Source: Octopus vulgaris
Lineage: Eukaryota
Direction: 5' to 3'
Assembly (NCBI GenBank): GCA_951406725.2
Contig: OX597830.1
Span: forward strand, 75,392,001 to 75,456,000
DNA: 64,000 nt
Part shown: piece after piece, positions 40,373 to 53,897 of the stretch
Numbering within the stretch: the stretch's first letter is position 1
Layout: the number at the start of each line of letters is the position of its first letter
Notes under the pieces: generated by a model
What the model saw: the letters and a program-made list of their open reading frames with translations, nothing else
Told to the model about the DNA's origin: nothing
Databases searched by the model: none
Made by a program: the position numbers and the translations under genes

Positions 40373-41523
40373 CATGTTTCTGTCTGTGTTTCTTACCCAC
40401 TAATGCATGACAACCGGTATTAGCTTGCTTACGTTCCCGTCACTTTTGATGAGCTAAAGGCCTTTTAAGTGGTGCCCCAGCTTGGGCACAGTTCAATGAA
40501 TGAAACAATGAAAAGAAAAAAAGAAAATAAGTAATAAAAATAAGAAAAATGGTGATGAAAATATACTCAATAGTTAAACCACAATGTTGTTAGCGTGCAG
40601 GATAAAATATTGTATTCATTAGTTTTGGATCCCCTTCTAAGGATTCGCTTATTTCCTGTAAACTGATAAACCAATGTACGAGGCCTATTTTGTGTCGTTA
40701 TGCGAATGTGGTCAGGACTTTTCCGATCTTTCATTCGCTCTCTCACTTATACTCTTTGTGGACCTTCACGTGCTTTCGATTGAAAACCTGTGACTGATCG
40801 ACCTCCTATTTTGTGCAAGTTGGCAAGAGTACTTTGGATGACACTGGAGTATGTGCTGCAACGGGCAACCCTTGAGTTTGCTAAGACACACACACACACA
40901 AACACACACACTGGTAGACAGTCTATACAAACTTACAGGGCAGAAGGTCTAAAGGTGCTGGCTTGATAAAAGTGTCGCCTAGGACGGACAACCCTTTAAT
41001 CTTCTACCTTCAGTTATACGTCTCTTATACTTCTCTACCAACAGGGTCTATTTTCACTCTAAAGTTTAAATAGATGTTTATTTAACATTTGGCTGCAATT
41101 CCAAATTATAGCTTCATCGGATTCTCGAGGCTCCGATGAATCTGTAGGTGTTACTCAGGATTCAATATGGAATCTGCTGCATCGTATAGTGGAAACAGCT
41201 GTTAGCTAAGTTATTGAGATAATCGCTTTTTTTTTCCTTTGTCATCTCATTTTTATGTTACTGCTCGGTACTCGACTAACGCCTCGCTCTGAAGTATACC
41301 TATACTCAGTTCTACACCAGGTTATTAATCTCACAATACCTAAGCGATGTATATATGTGTGTGTGTGTGGTGTGTGTATATACATGTATATATATATACA
41401 TATGCATACATATATATATATATACATATATATGCATATATATGCGTATATATGTATGTGTATATATACATATATACATATATTTATTTATAATGTATAT
41501 AAATATATATATACATAAACATA

Positions 41524-41561
<38 letters not shown>

Positions 41562-42602
41562 TATAAGCACTAAACCACACAGACGTGCAAACACACATTA
41601 TTTTATATACGTGTGTGCATATGTGTGTGCGTGTGCATGAGTGTTTGTATGCTCGCATATGTATAGATAAGTGTGTGTTGTGTTTGTACGTATATAAATG
41701 TGTTTGTGCTTGTCTTTTACAACACACTCCATCTTATTTCACGCTTCACTTTTGCTCTTCGTGTGTAGATTTATCCTGCCTCTTTCTCTCTTTCGCACAT
41801 ACTCTCTCTTTCTCTCTCCCTCTCTCTTTCTTTTTTTCTCTCTCTCTTACTTTATGTCTTTCTCTCTATCTCTCTCGCTATGCATTTTTCTCTCAGCTGC
41901 TCTCCTCCATAACACCATGAGAGAAATGAACGACATCGGCGCCATCATATCATCTTATTTCGAGCTTAATATTAACAGAAAAATTTTTCCATACGGCTTG
42001 CAAATTATAAAACAAAAAAACATACAAATACAACTACGAAAAATATAAAAAAAAACAAACATCAACAGCAGCAACAACAACAACTGTAACAAAAATGATA
42101 ACAATCAAAAGAAACAAACTAATACGAAAACGAAATTGAAAGTAAAAACGACTGAAAAGAAGGAATACAAACACGGAAATCCCTGAAAAAGCGATTAAAT
42201 AGATTCTTGGAAATCTTGGAAACGTAGAAATAAAAAACAACAAATAAATGAAGTAAAAGATTGCAAAACCCCTAGTGGGGCTATATTATCTAAGAAAAAG
42301 GATTTGGAATCGTTGGTGGAATTAAATCGCCATAGGAAAATCAATTTAGAAATTACTTTACGGACAAATACGTATCTAATTGGTTTCTATCTATTCATTA
42401 AGGAGCTGAAGAATATTGCATTCATTTAGATGGATTGGTTCTTCTTTTGCTCTAGTCTCAAGAAAACGTAAAGCGTTTTTGTCATGTGTGAATTACATGG
42501 AATTATGGGTATTCACAAGCATGTATGATAAATGCATGTTTGTTTCTATACAGATATTGTGATATTGTGATGGGTGAGCATACAAGTTCGTGCATGTGTG
42601 TG

Positions 42603-42636
<34 letters not shown>

Positions 42637-43421
42637 TGTATGTATGTATGTATGTATGTATGTATGTGTGTATGTATATATGTATGTATGCATGTATGTA
42701 TGTATGTATGTATTATGTATGTCAACATATGCATTTAATAAAAATCGTATAAACCTATCTTGCAAGGCACATATTCACATATGTACATATACACACATAA
42801 ATGTATACATACACATGCAAACGCACACACATACACACACATATATACACACACACACATATATAAATGCATATGTACATATGTGTTTGCGTGTGTGTGT
42901 AATGTATAAAATCAAGTATGTATATGCATGCATGTATTTATGTATGTATGTATGTATTTATGTATGTATGTATGTACGTATGTATGTATGTATGTCCGTA
43001 CGTATATAGATATGTATGTATGTACGTATGTATGTATGTATGTATGTATGTATGTATGTATGTATTTATGTATGTATATATGTATGTATTTATGTATGTA
43101 CGTACGTATGCATATGGTTGAGCGTTCAATTTATTCAGAGTCCAGTGTTACCATATTCATGTAACTGTTACTATTACGCCTGCAATTATAATGATGGAGA
43201 TATGATATATATGACATCACCATCGGGTGACGTATCTCCTCACTAATAAAAAAGATAAAAAATTCTCTGGAGACGGTAAGATATGTATGTGGTCGCTAAA
43301 TCTGAAAGAAATAGCTGTTAAATATCATTCAAGCCATATCATAGAATTTCAAGTTTATACTTGATAATAAAGCTCGCATCATGTCTATTTCTCTGTTTGA
43401 TTTACTAGTTCTTTCCTTTTC

Positions 43422-43975
<554 letters not shown>

Positions 43976-45297
43976 GCATCCCGATGGTCAGGCGATCCAT
44001 TTGCTGTCAACACCCGTTAAAAGGAGGGCTGGGCATGCCGTGGTTGATGATGCGCAGACACGCGCTGAGACTACGACATCTCTGGCTCTATGTAGACGAC
44101 GGTGAACAGGTGTAGTCGCCGTTTGTGAGGCACGCTTTCCCGCAGCTCGTCTCCATGACCGAACTGCAGTCGTGGATCAAAAAGAGGCCGAAGAAGGGCG
44201 TATGGCACCGCGAGTGTCGCGTTGCTCTCAAGCAACTCTGCCGTCCTGGGTCGACCTTGAGTGACTTCAACACAACCAAAGCATTCTATAGGGGTTTAGT
44301 GGAGGGGAGGTACGACGACGAGCTCGGGGCGAACCTGGACGTCGACGAGGAGTACCTGACCCGCCTGTTCAGGACGACTTTCGGGCCAGGGCCCATGGAC
44401 AACTTCCAGAGATCCCTGGCCTGGCAGTGCTACCGAGAAGCGCTACCCGTTCGGGATAAGCTCTACAGACACGGCTCGAGAAACACGGGGCCGACCTGCC
44501 CGAGATGCGGTCAGAGCGACGAAACCGTTCTGCACGCACTCGTGCAGTGTCCAACAATTTCCGACCTGTGGGCTTATGTGGAACAACTGCTGTCACGTGT
44601 GGGACGAGTCGGTTTATCAGCTGAGTCTATCGTCAATATTGTCACGCCTCCCTCCTTCAAACGGGAAGGAAGAGCTATTTTCATCATCCTTGTGGCTATG
44701 GCGAACGAATGTATCTGGTGGACTCGTCTGAAAGGATTGGAGACAAACACTTTCCTCTCTGGTCAATCTCTCATCAACTTCTTCAAGTACCACTTGAAAA
44801 GGAAAGTGAGAGTAGAGAGGCAAGTTTTGTCTAGCGAATGTTTTAAAAAAAGATGGGTGAATGTAGCAAGAATGGCACGTATGAATGACGAAGCCACCTT
44901 GAGCATGATCCTATGAACCCAGAAATTGAAAACAGAGAGTTGCTTATTCGCAAAAAAAAAAAAAGAAATATAACATGTGACTCCATTGACCGAGGTTACC
45001 GTGGTCTTTTCCGTAGGCTTTTCTTTCCACGGGTAAACCTCACCTGTCCTCCCCTTTACACTTCATATCGACATTTCTGTGATAACGATCCCTATTGATA
45101 ATTTTTTTTTTTCTTTTTTTTTTTCCTCTCCCCCTTTTTTTTTTAAACCCCTTTTTTTTTGTCCTCTTTCTCTCCTTTTACGATCCCTTTTGATCGAAAC
45201 TCCCCCTTCCTTTTTTTTTTTTTAAACCTTCAAAAGAAAAGCTCTACCTTGTAATTTGTTCTATCTGTGTGCAGCCCTGTGTGGCTAATAAAGAAAC
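43976..45297 (+). mobile_element. 5'-truncated L1/Tx1-clade non-LTR retrotransposon (ORF2 C-terminus plus 3' UTR), flanked by (TATC)n on both sides
   Basis: The frame from 43978 reads IPMVRRSICCQHPLKGGLGMPW... (post-RT GGLG motif) and continues into track ORF 44125..44916, which has the zf-RVT-type motif CPRCGQSDETVLHALVQC. A T-rich 3' UTR ends in AATAAAGAAAC, followed directly by (TATC)n. Confidence 0.9.
43978..44916 (+). pseudogene. Retrotransposon ORF2 C-terminal remnant (zinc-finger region), one premature stop
   Basis: Continuous frame 43978-44916 apart from one TAG at 44113-44115 (probably TGG>TAG). No endonuclease or RT core is present because of 5' truncation. Confidence 0.85.
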
Positions 45298-45298
45298 A

Positions 45299-45396
<98 letters not shown>

Positions 45397-45435
45397 CCTA
45401 TCTGTCCGTCTGTCTGTCTGTCTGTCTATATTTCT

Positions 45436-46035
45436 AAACTTGCCTCTCTACTCTCACTTTCCTTTTCAACTGATACTTGAAGAAGTTGATGAGAGATTGA
45501 CCAGAGAGGAATGTGTTCGTTTCAAACGCGTCTGAAAGGACTGGAGACAAACACGTTCCCCCTGGTCGATCTCTCATCAAATTTTTCAAGTATCACTTGA
45601 AAAGGAAAGTGAAAGTAGAGAAGCAAGTTTTGTCTAAAGAATGTTTCAAAAAATAGATGGGTGAACGGAGCCAGGATGGCACGTATGAATGATGAAGCCA
45701 CCTTGAGCATAATCCTATGAACCTGGAAAAATGTAAAACAGAGAGTTACTTATTTGCGAATAAATGTGTTAACATGTGACATTAATGACCGATTTTACCG
45801 TGGTTTTTCCGTAGGCTTTTCTTTCCATAAATAAACCTTATTTGCTTCCCCATTTCCACTTTATATCATGACATTTCTATTGATCGTTTTTTCCTTTACT
45901 ATTTCTTTTTTTTTTTCCTTTCTACGACCCCTTTTTATCGAAGACCTACCCCACTTCTTTTTCTCCCCAAAAAGAAAAGCTGTACTATGTAATTTGTCCC
46001 GTCTGTGTTCAGCCCTGTGTGACTAATATAGAAGC
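45436..46035 (+). mobile_element. Second, shorter and more diverged copy of the same Tx1-like LINE, with a 5' inverted segment
   Basis: 45529-46035 aligns to the first copy from about 44725 to its 3' end. 45436-45525 is the reverse complement of first-copy 44738-44826. Bounded by TATC/TGTC repeats on the left and (TATC)n on the right. Confidence 0.88.
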
Positions 46036-46073
46036 ATATCTATCTATCTTTCTATCTATTTATCAATCAACCA

Positions 46074-46499
<426 letters not shown>

Positions 46500-48013
46500 C
46501 TGTTTGTTTGTCTCTACGTCAATCTAATAATTTCTCTTTGTATTTCTCCGCAATTTTGTTTAACCCGCCCCCCACAAAAAAAACCGCTTTATTTCGTATT
46601 GCGAATTCGGATGAAGAAATGGGCACAGCTCATGACCCACAAGGCATGCGTTCTTGCTTTGTTTATTATCCTGACTGCATTGGTGTGGTTTGAATGCTTG
46701 CAGAACCGGATGTATTCCGTTTAATGCATCCAAGCTCAAGTTAGACGTGATGAACTGAACAACGGATTATGAGTCTGACCATCCAATCAAGTCTCCATTT
46801 ATAGAGCTTGACGATGATCCTGATGTCCATGGTGATGGTGGTTGCGATGTCTACGACTGTGAGGGCGTGAGGATGGTGGTGGTGGTGGTGAAAACGGCAA
46901 CGGTGATTATGACGAGGACTACGATGATAATGTTGTTGTTGCTATTGGTTGTGGTGGTGGTAGTGGTGGTGGTGGTGGTGGTGGTGGTGGTGGTGATGGT
47001 GGTAGTCGTGGTGGTGGTGGAGATGGTAATAGTGGGGCTACTGCTGTTGCTGTATCTGCTTATTTTTATGATAATGATGTTGTTTAGCTACAGGAACAAC
47101 TGATTACAAGAAAAATAATTCCGTTTTATTTATTTATTTATTTATTTATTTTGTTGCCCAAGTAACAGAACAAAAAGACATTTCAAGGAAGTGCTACAAA
47201 ATATAATTCTATAAGTTTTTGCATAAGTGGAGTGGGAGAAAAAGCGGGATGGAAAACAGAAATGAGGTGAAATCTTCCTGTAGAGGCTACCACCGAAGAC
47301 AGCAGGAGAATCACAGTACCTGGGTTGTCGTTACTGTTATGGTCCTCTCTAACCGTCAAGTTCTCCGGATTACGTGTATATGTTAATTGAACTCTAACGG
47401 ACAATTTACTGGAGGTAATTAACCGCATCTTCATCTTCGCATTTCCTTCTCTATAGGGAAAAATTTCCATATTTATTAATCATTCAAAACGTCAGGTGTT
47501 CTAGGACTCCATTAAATAGGACTCCTAGGACTCGGCAAGATAGGAATAACTGTGGTCTATCGGAGAAATAAGCCCCGCGGCTCTTGCTGGCCATTCTCCG
47601 CGGCAACGCCATCACGGTTTTTGCCGTGGAGCACGGCTGAGCACACCATTTGTTTTGAGATATGTGGCCCATCGCTCCCTCCTCCTTCATCTTTCGCTAC
47701 TTTAATCCCCACCACACCCACACATTTATTTTCCTTTTCTTTCTTTTCTTTTCTTATCCCTCTTCTCACCCGTCTTTTTGTATTTAAATGTTCTAACAAA
47801 ATTCTATTCATTTACTATCATACGAAATTACTTGCTTTTCTCGCTCAATGTAAAGCTGCGGGTATTCTACACGATGGATTATACAACGATAATAACTAAA
47901 TTTCTCCTACATGTGCAACAACTTTTCAATATAAAAACCACAGGTCAATTTACGCTCATCTTAAAAGCTCGAGTGGCCGCACTTTGTGTACTTGGGTTCT
48001 TTATACCCAAAAT

Positions 48014-48405
48014 GTGGAGGCGCAATGGCCCAGTGGTTAGGGCAGCGGACGCGCGGTCATAGGATCGCGGTTTCGATTTCCAGACCGGGCATTGTGAGTG
48101 TTTATTGAGCGAAAACACCTAAAGCTCCACGAGGCTCCGGCAGGGGATGGTGGTGATCCCTGCTGTACTCTTTCACCACAACTTTCTCTCACTCTTACTT
48201 CCTGTTTCTGTTGTACCTGTATTTCAAAGGGCCGGCCTTGTCACTCTCTGTGTCACGCTGAATATCCCCGAGAACTACGTTAAGGGTGCACGTGTCTGTG
48301 GAGTGCTCAGCCACTTACACGTTAATTTCACGAGTAGGCTGTTCCGTTGATTCGGATCAACCGGAACACTCGTCGTCGTAACCGACGGAGTGCTTCCAAA
48401 TCCCA
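48014..48405 (+). mobile_element. SINE family C (tail type 1, full length)
   Basis: Same head; 11-bp TSD ATACCCAAAAT at 48003-48013 and 48406-48416. Confidence 0.92.
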
Positions 48406-49470
48406 ATACCCAAAATATAATGCTCCTTCATAGAACGATCTTACCAGGGATTTCTTGAAGTTGACCACAGATTTCAGTTTCACCTCAGGAATAAAATCAT
48501 TTAGTCGATCGTTGTTGACGTTCATATTTTCAGAGAACATCGTCGTGGCTCTTGTCTACCACTGGTCTCTCACTAGAATACGTGCTTCGAAGGATTACCA
48601 GATGCATCAATTAACATGTAGGGAACAGTGCTCCAAATAACATTTCAGCTATCAAGCACGTAGCCTTGATGTTCGTTTGACCCAGGACCAGAGATCTGTC
48701 AATGATATGAAATTTGGAGAGACATACCTGGCGAAGAGAAACGACAAATGTAAAGCGTCCAAGAATATTGGTAACCGCTCTAATCTCAACGCATATCTGT
48801 GTAATATCAGCAATTTCATAATAGACAGAGCATAATAACACTTGACGGAGCTACTGACCAGTGGAAATCGTCCACTCCACAAAATATGCGAAAGAGCAGA
48901 TGTTCCTATCTCGTGAAATTAAAAAAATGACAAGGCATGATGCTCAGGTGATAATAAAAGACAGTGGAGGTCTGTGCGTTTACTATCTCTGATTCATCTT
49001 TCTGAAATAACTTCCGCTTCGACCTTCTCTATCACAGACTGGTCTTTGCTTGTAACCTGGTCCGACTCGCAGCTCTTATATATTTGGATGCCTGATCTAA
49101 ACCAGTTCTCCAAATATTTTAACAGAAACACCTGTTAGTGCAAGTCTATGCAGGCCAGCTGAGAGGCAAAAGACCCACACCACTGGCCTACGTAGATGAG
49201 CCTTCCTCTGTAGGGAGCTGTACGCCTACCAACGTGATTAATGCGTAATCTATTAATCAATTAATCTTTTCGAAAGGATAATAATGAATGTCCCACTATA
49301 ACAATATCTTGTCGATCGCCTGTATTTTTCTCATTCTGAATGCGTCGCGATAATGTCGTTGCGTGTATCAAACCTGAGGTTACATCTCCCAGTTCGAGCG
49401 TTGTAAACCGCAAGACTTCTGGTCTCAGCAGCACTGTTTCCAGCACTGATGACAAATAAAGGTATTAGAA

Positions 49471-49851
49471 AGAGTGGCTGTGTGGTAAGTAGCTTGCTAA
49501 CCAACCACATGGTTCCGGGTTCAGTCCCACTGCGTGGCATCTTGGGCAAGTGTCTTTTGCTATAGCCTTGGGCCGACCAATGCCTTGTGAGGGGATTTGG
49601 TAGACGGAAACTGAAAGAAGCCCGTCGTATATATGTATATATATATGTATGTGTTTGTGTGTCTGTGTTTGTCCCCCTAGCATTGCTTGAAAACCGATGC
49701 TGGTGTGTTTACGTCCCCGTCACTTAGCGGTTCGGCAAAAGAGACCGATAGAATAAGTACTGGGCTTACAGAGAATAAGTCCCGGGGTCGATTTGCTCGA
49801 CTAAAGGCGGTGCTCCAGCATGGCTGCAGTCAAATGACTGAAACAAGTAAA
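49471..49851 (+). mobile_element. SINE family B
   Basis: Colinear with the other family-B copies. Confidence 0.9.
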
Positions 49852-50429
49852 ATAAAAAAAAAACTATCTTGACAAACCTAACGTCAAAACGAAATAGTTC
49901 CAATACGTGGCCAGTTAATCTGAACAACGACCAAGGTTCCAACCCGTATTACGGGAACCGAAGTTCTTTATAGACAGACATAGGAGTGAAGAAAAGGTGT
50001 TGTGTTTATGTGGTTACGTATGAAACGTTTCAAAGACATCGGGGTCACAATTACGAATACAAAACCAACAAAAAATACAATAAAACAACAACAATAACAA
50101 TGAGATAAACTACGTACTGAAACAAGTCGTTAACTCTTTGTTTAGACGGTGTATCGATTTATTTAATGATGTATTTGTTAAATAGTTTTGTATTGAGGTT
50201 GGTTGAATTTTATTTTAAATGTTGTTAACTTAAAAAAAAATAATAAAAAAGAGTTGTTTTTCAATCATTCACAGAATATTTTCACTGTATTAATTTTCCT
50301 ATTATTTCGGCAATTACAATCTCATTAAATTCTCCATTTGTTTAACATTTCTCTCCCCCAACCTTGTTTTTAAAGAGTAAAACGTCAATAACAACTAAGA
50401 TTTTCATAGTCCGTGTAGAAATGGCGAAT

Positions 50430-50742
<313 letters not shown>

Positions 50743-50789
50743 TAACGATTGAAATGATCGATGATTTTTTTAAATACTATCTTTAATTT

Positions 50790-51195
50790 TTTCCATCTGT
50801 TTCAGTCATTGGACTGCGGCGAAGCTGGGGCACCTCCTTAAAGGGTTTTAACCAAAGAAATTGACCCTTGCACTTAATTTCTAAGTCTGATAATTAATCT
50901 ATTGGTCTCTTTTTGCCAAACCACCAAGTTAAGCGGACATAAACAAAACAACAATTAATCAAGTGGTATCGGGACAGACACAAACACAAAGACAGGCACG
51001 CACACCACGCATACACGCACACACACACACATATATATTTACGACGGTCTTCCATCCGTTTCCATCTAATAACAAGGTTATGATCAGCCGAGGGCCATTG
51101 TAGAAAACATTTGGCCAAGGTGTCACGCAGTGGGATTGAACCCGAAGCAATTTAGTTGGGGAGCAACCTTTTTATCAGACAGTCTTGCATCTATA
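50790..51195 (-). mobile_element. Diverged SINE family B
   Basis: TGTTTCAGTCATTGGACTGCGG...CGCAGTGGGATTGAACCCG. Confidence 0.75.
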
Positions 51196-51350
51196 ACGCT
51201 TATCACACTTTTGTATTTTCGGGTGCTTGTCTCATCATAAGATGTATCCAAGATTTCATTACATTTTTTCAATCATATTCGGAAACAATAAAGTATTCGA
51301 ACCCTTTCTCAAATTTCATCCAAGCATTTTCTAAAAGAAATCGTATCATA

Positions 51351-51743
51351 GGCGCAGGAGTGGCTGTGTGGTAAGTAGCTTGCTAACCAACCACATGGTT
51401 CCGGGTTCAGTCCCACTGTGTGGCATCTTGAGCGAGTGTCTTCTGCTATAGCCCCGGGCCGAGTGGATTTGGTAGACGTAAACTGAAAGAAGCCTGTCGT
51501 ATATATGTATGTATATGTATGTGTGTGTGTGTATGTGTGTCTGTGTTTGTTCCACTAGCATTGCTTGACAACCGATGCTGGTGTCTTTACGTCCCCATCA
51601 CTTAGCGGTTCGGCAAAAAGAGACCGATAGAATAAGTACTGGGCTTACAAAAAGAATAAGTCCTGGGGTCGGTTTGCTCGACTAAAGGCGGTGCTCCAGC
51701 ATGGCCGCAGTCAAATGACTGAAACAAGTAAAAGAGTAAAGAG
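51351..51743 (+). mobile_element. SINE family B, full length
   Basis: Starts GGCGCAGGAGTGGCTGTGTGG, ends GAAACAAGTAAAAGAGTAAAGAG. Confidence 0.9.
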
Positions 51744-52226
51744 ATAAAAAAAAGTCTTCTATATTCGTTAATAAACGAACGGGGCTGTCAAATCTGAAAT
51801 ACATTTGGTCATAACTTTCTTGATAAGTGTTGGCCTGAGGCTCTGAAGCAACGACAAAATCTGGCATAGCAATGTGGTTCGTAAGCTCCTTTTGGAAACA
51901 GGAAGTTTTCTGGTTCAATCGCGATGCACGGTACTTTGGGTTAGTGTTTTTCTACATATAGCTCAGGACTGACCAATAGCTTATGAGTGAATTTGGTTGA
52001 CAAACTGTGTGAAAGCCCGTCATGTATACAAACATATATGTATACGTACATAGATATGTGTGTGTCTGTGTGTGCTTTATAAGAATTTATAGAAAGGTAT
52101 CCCATAGAAACTCAACATATATGTTAAAAATAGATGAAATATAATTCAACCATTCATACACACACATACACATACACATACGCGCACGCACACACACACA
52201 CACACACATACACTCATATATACATG

Positions 52227-52527
52227 AAGGCACGTGGCTTAGTGGTTAGGGTGTTGCACTAACGATTGCGAGAGCACAGGATCGATTCCCAGAGATGGCG
52301 TTGTGTCGTGTTCTTGAGCAAAGCACTTCAATTCACGTTGCTCTGCAATCGTTTCGTCATCTGACATGTGGCACACGGTGTACCTGAACAGGTAAGTAAT
52401 GTCGATTTGATGGAGGGAGTGAACTTATGTCAACACAAATATTTCATCTATGTAAACAAATCATCTGTGTAGTTGTTCGGCAAGGATTGGCCGAACCCTC
52501 ATACATCGTCTAACGACAGAAGAGTTC
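52227..52527 (+). mobile_element. tRNA-headed SINE of a further type
   Basis: A box TGGCTTAGTGG, B-box-like GGATCGATTCC, then GTGTTCTTGAGCAAAGCACTT. Confidence 0.7.
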
Positions 52528-52570
<43 letters not shown>

Positions 52571-52593
52571 TATATATATATATATATAATGAA

Positions 52594-52938
52594 CTCTTTT
52601 ACTTGTTTCAGTCATTTGACTGCGGCCATGCTGGAGCACCGCCTTTAATCGAGCAATCGGTCTCTTTTGCCGAACCGCTGAGTAACGGGGACATAAACAC
52701 ACCAGCATCGGTTGTCAAGCAATGCTAGGGGGACAAACACAGACACACAAACACATATATATATATACATATATACTACAGGCTTCTTTCAGTTTCCGTC
52801 TACCAAATCCACTCACAAGGCATTGGTCGACCCGGGGCTATAGCAGAAGACACTTGCCCAAGATGCCACGCAGTGGGACTGAACCCGGAACCATGTGGTT
52901 GGTTAGCAAGCTACTTACCACACAGCCACTCCTGCGCC
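52594..52938 (-). mobile_element. SINE family B with a small internal deletion
   Basis: Reverse complement of 51351-51743, lacking the AATAAGTACT...GGGGTC segment. Confidence 0.9.
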
Positions 52939-53065
52939 TATATATGGGCCGATTTGTTTGTCTAGAACCTCTCAAGGCGGTGCTTCAGCACTGCTGCAGT
53001 CAAATGACTGAAACAAGTAAAAGAATAAAAGAATTAAAGAATAAAATAATATAAATACACAGACA

Positions 53066-53171
53066 CGAATGGGTGCTGGAATGTTCCTGGTTTTAGTTAA
53101 AAGAAAATACAAGAGGATCAGCTAGTTATGATTTTATTCAACTTATTCTCCTCTCAGATTCACGCACTTTA
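53066..53171. mobile_element. Partial copy of the same mariner-type MITE (empty Helitron site)
   Basis: GGGTGCTGGAATGTTCCTGG...GAGGATCAGCTAGTTATGATTTTATTCAAC...CTCTCAGATTCAC aligns to both flanks of the Helitron at 19865-20227. Confidence 0.75.
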
Positions 53172-53418
53172 AGGTGATAAAAGGTTGTTTCGGGAAGATT
53201 TGGTTTCTATTTCAGGAAGGTCGTTTTACCACGTAGCTCACAGACTTTTCCTTGCTTTGTTCTTGTTAAGGCTTCTATGCCTATTGTTGCTGTTGCTGAG
53301 GTCACTGCTGCTTTTGTTGTATCAGAAGTAGCAGTTGTTGTTCTCCTCCTCCTCCTCCTTCTTCTTCTTCTTCTTCTTCTTCTTCTTCTTCTTCTTCTTC
53401 TTCTTCTTCTTCTTCTTC

Positions 53419-53897
53419 CAATCAGGACTCACGCCATTAGCCACAAAGAATAATCATTAATTCGAGCCTACTCTAAGCTACAAAGAATGCATGTGGCAAC
53501 TTGAAGATTCACCCAACACACGCGATAGACTCGCGGTTGCACGGGCGCAAAAGCTACGTTGTTATCCTCATTCCGTAAACGGTGACTTTTAACGGGTGGA
53601 GAGCTGAACCATCATGGGGTACAGAGGATTCACAATCTAGACTAGGGTCTGAATGTTTACCACACCATAATCGGTTACCCCATGGTTCCTCTGCTTTGTG
53701 GCAGAAGTAGGAAGAAAGAGTGAGAGAAAGTTGTGGCGAAAGAGTACAACGGGGTTCAACACCACCCTCCGCCGAAGCCTCGTGGACCTTAGGTGATTTT
53801 GCTCAATAAACACTCACAATGTCCGGTCTGGGAATCGAAACTGCGTTCTTACGACCGTGATTCCGCTGCCCTAACCACTGGGCCATTGCGCCTCCAC
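53419..53897 (-). mobile_element. SINE family C (tail type 4), ending in (GAA)n
   Basis: Reverse-complement head at about 53715-53897, then about 290 bp of unique sequence running into the (TTC)n tract at 53358-53418. Assigning the tail to the element is inferred; no TSD was seen. Confidence 0.7.

Noticed and set aside
44125-44916. Host gene encoding a 263-aa zinc-finger protein
   Set aside because: It is the truncated tail of a LINE ORF2: non-ATG start, upstream in-frame continuation past a stop, and a second copy adjacent.
46747-46778. Box C/D-like GTGATGA...CTGA
   Set aside because: Only about 32 nt between the boxes and no terminal stem.
48014-48085. tRNA gene-like A/B boxes (also 7116, 39205, 40040, 52227)
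   Set aside because: They are heads of SINEs with bodies, tails and in several cases TSDs; no proper acceptor stem or terminator.
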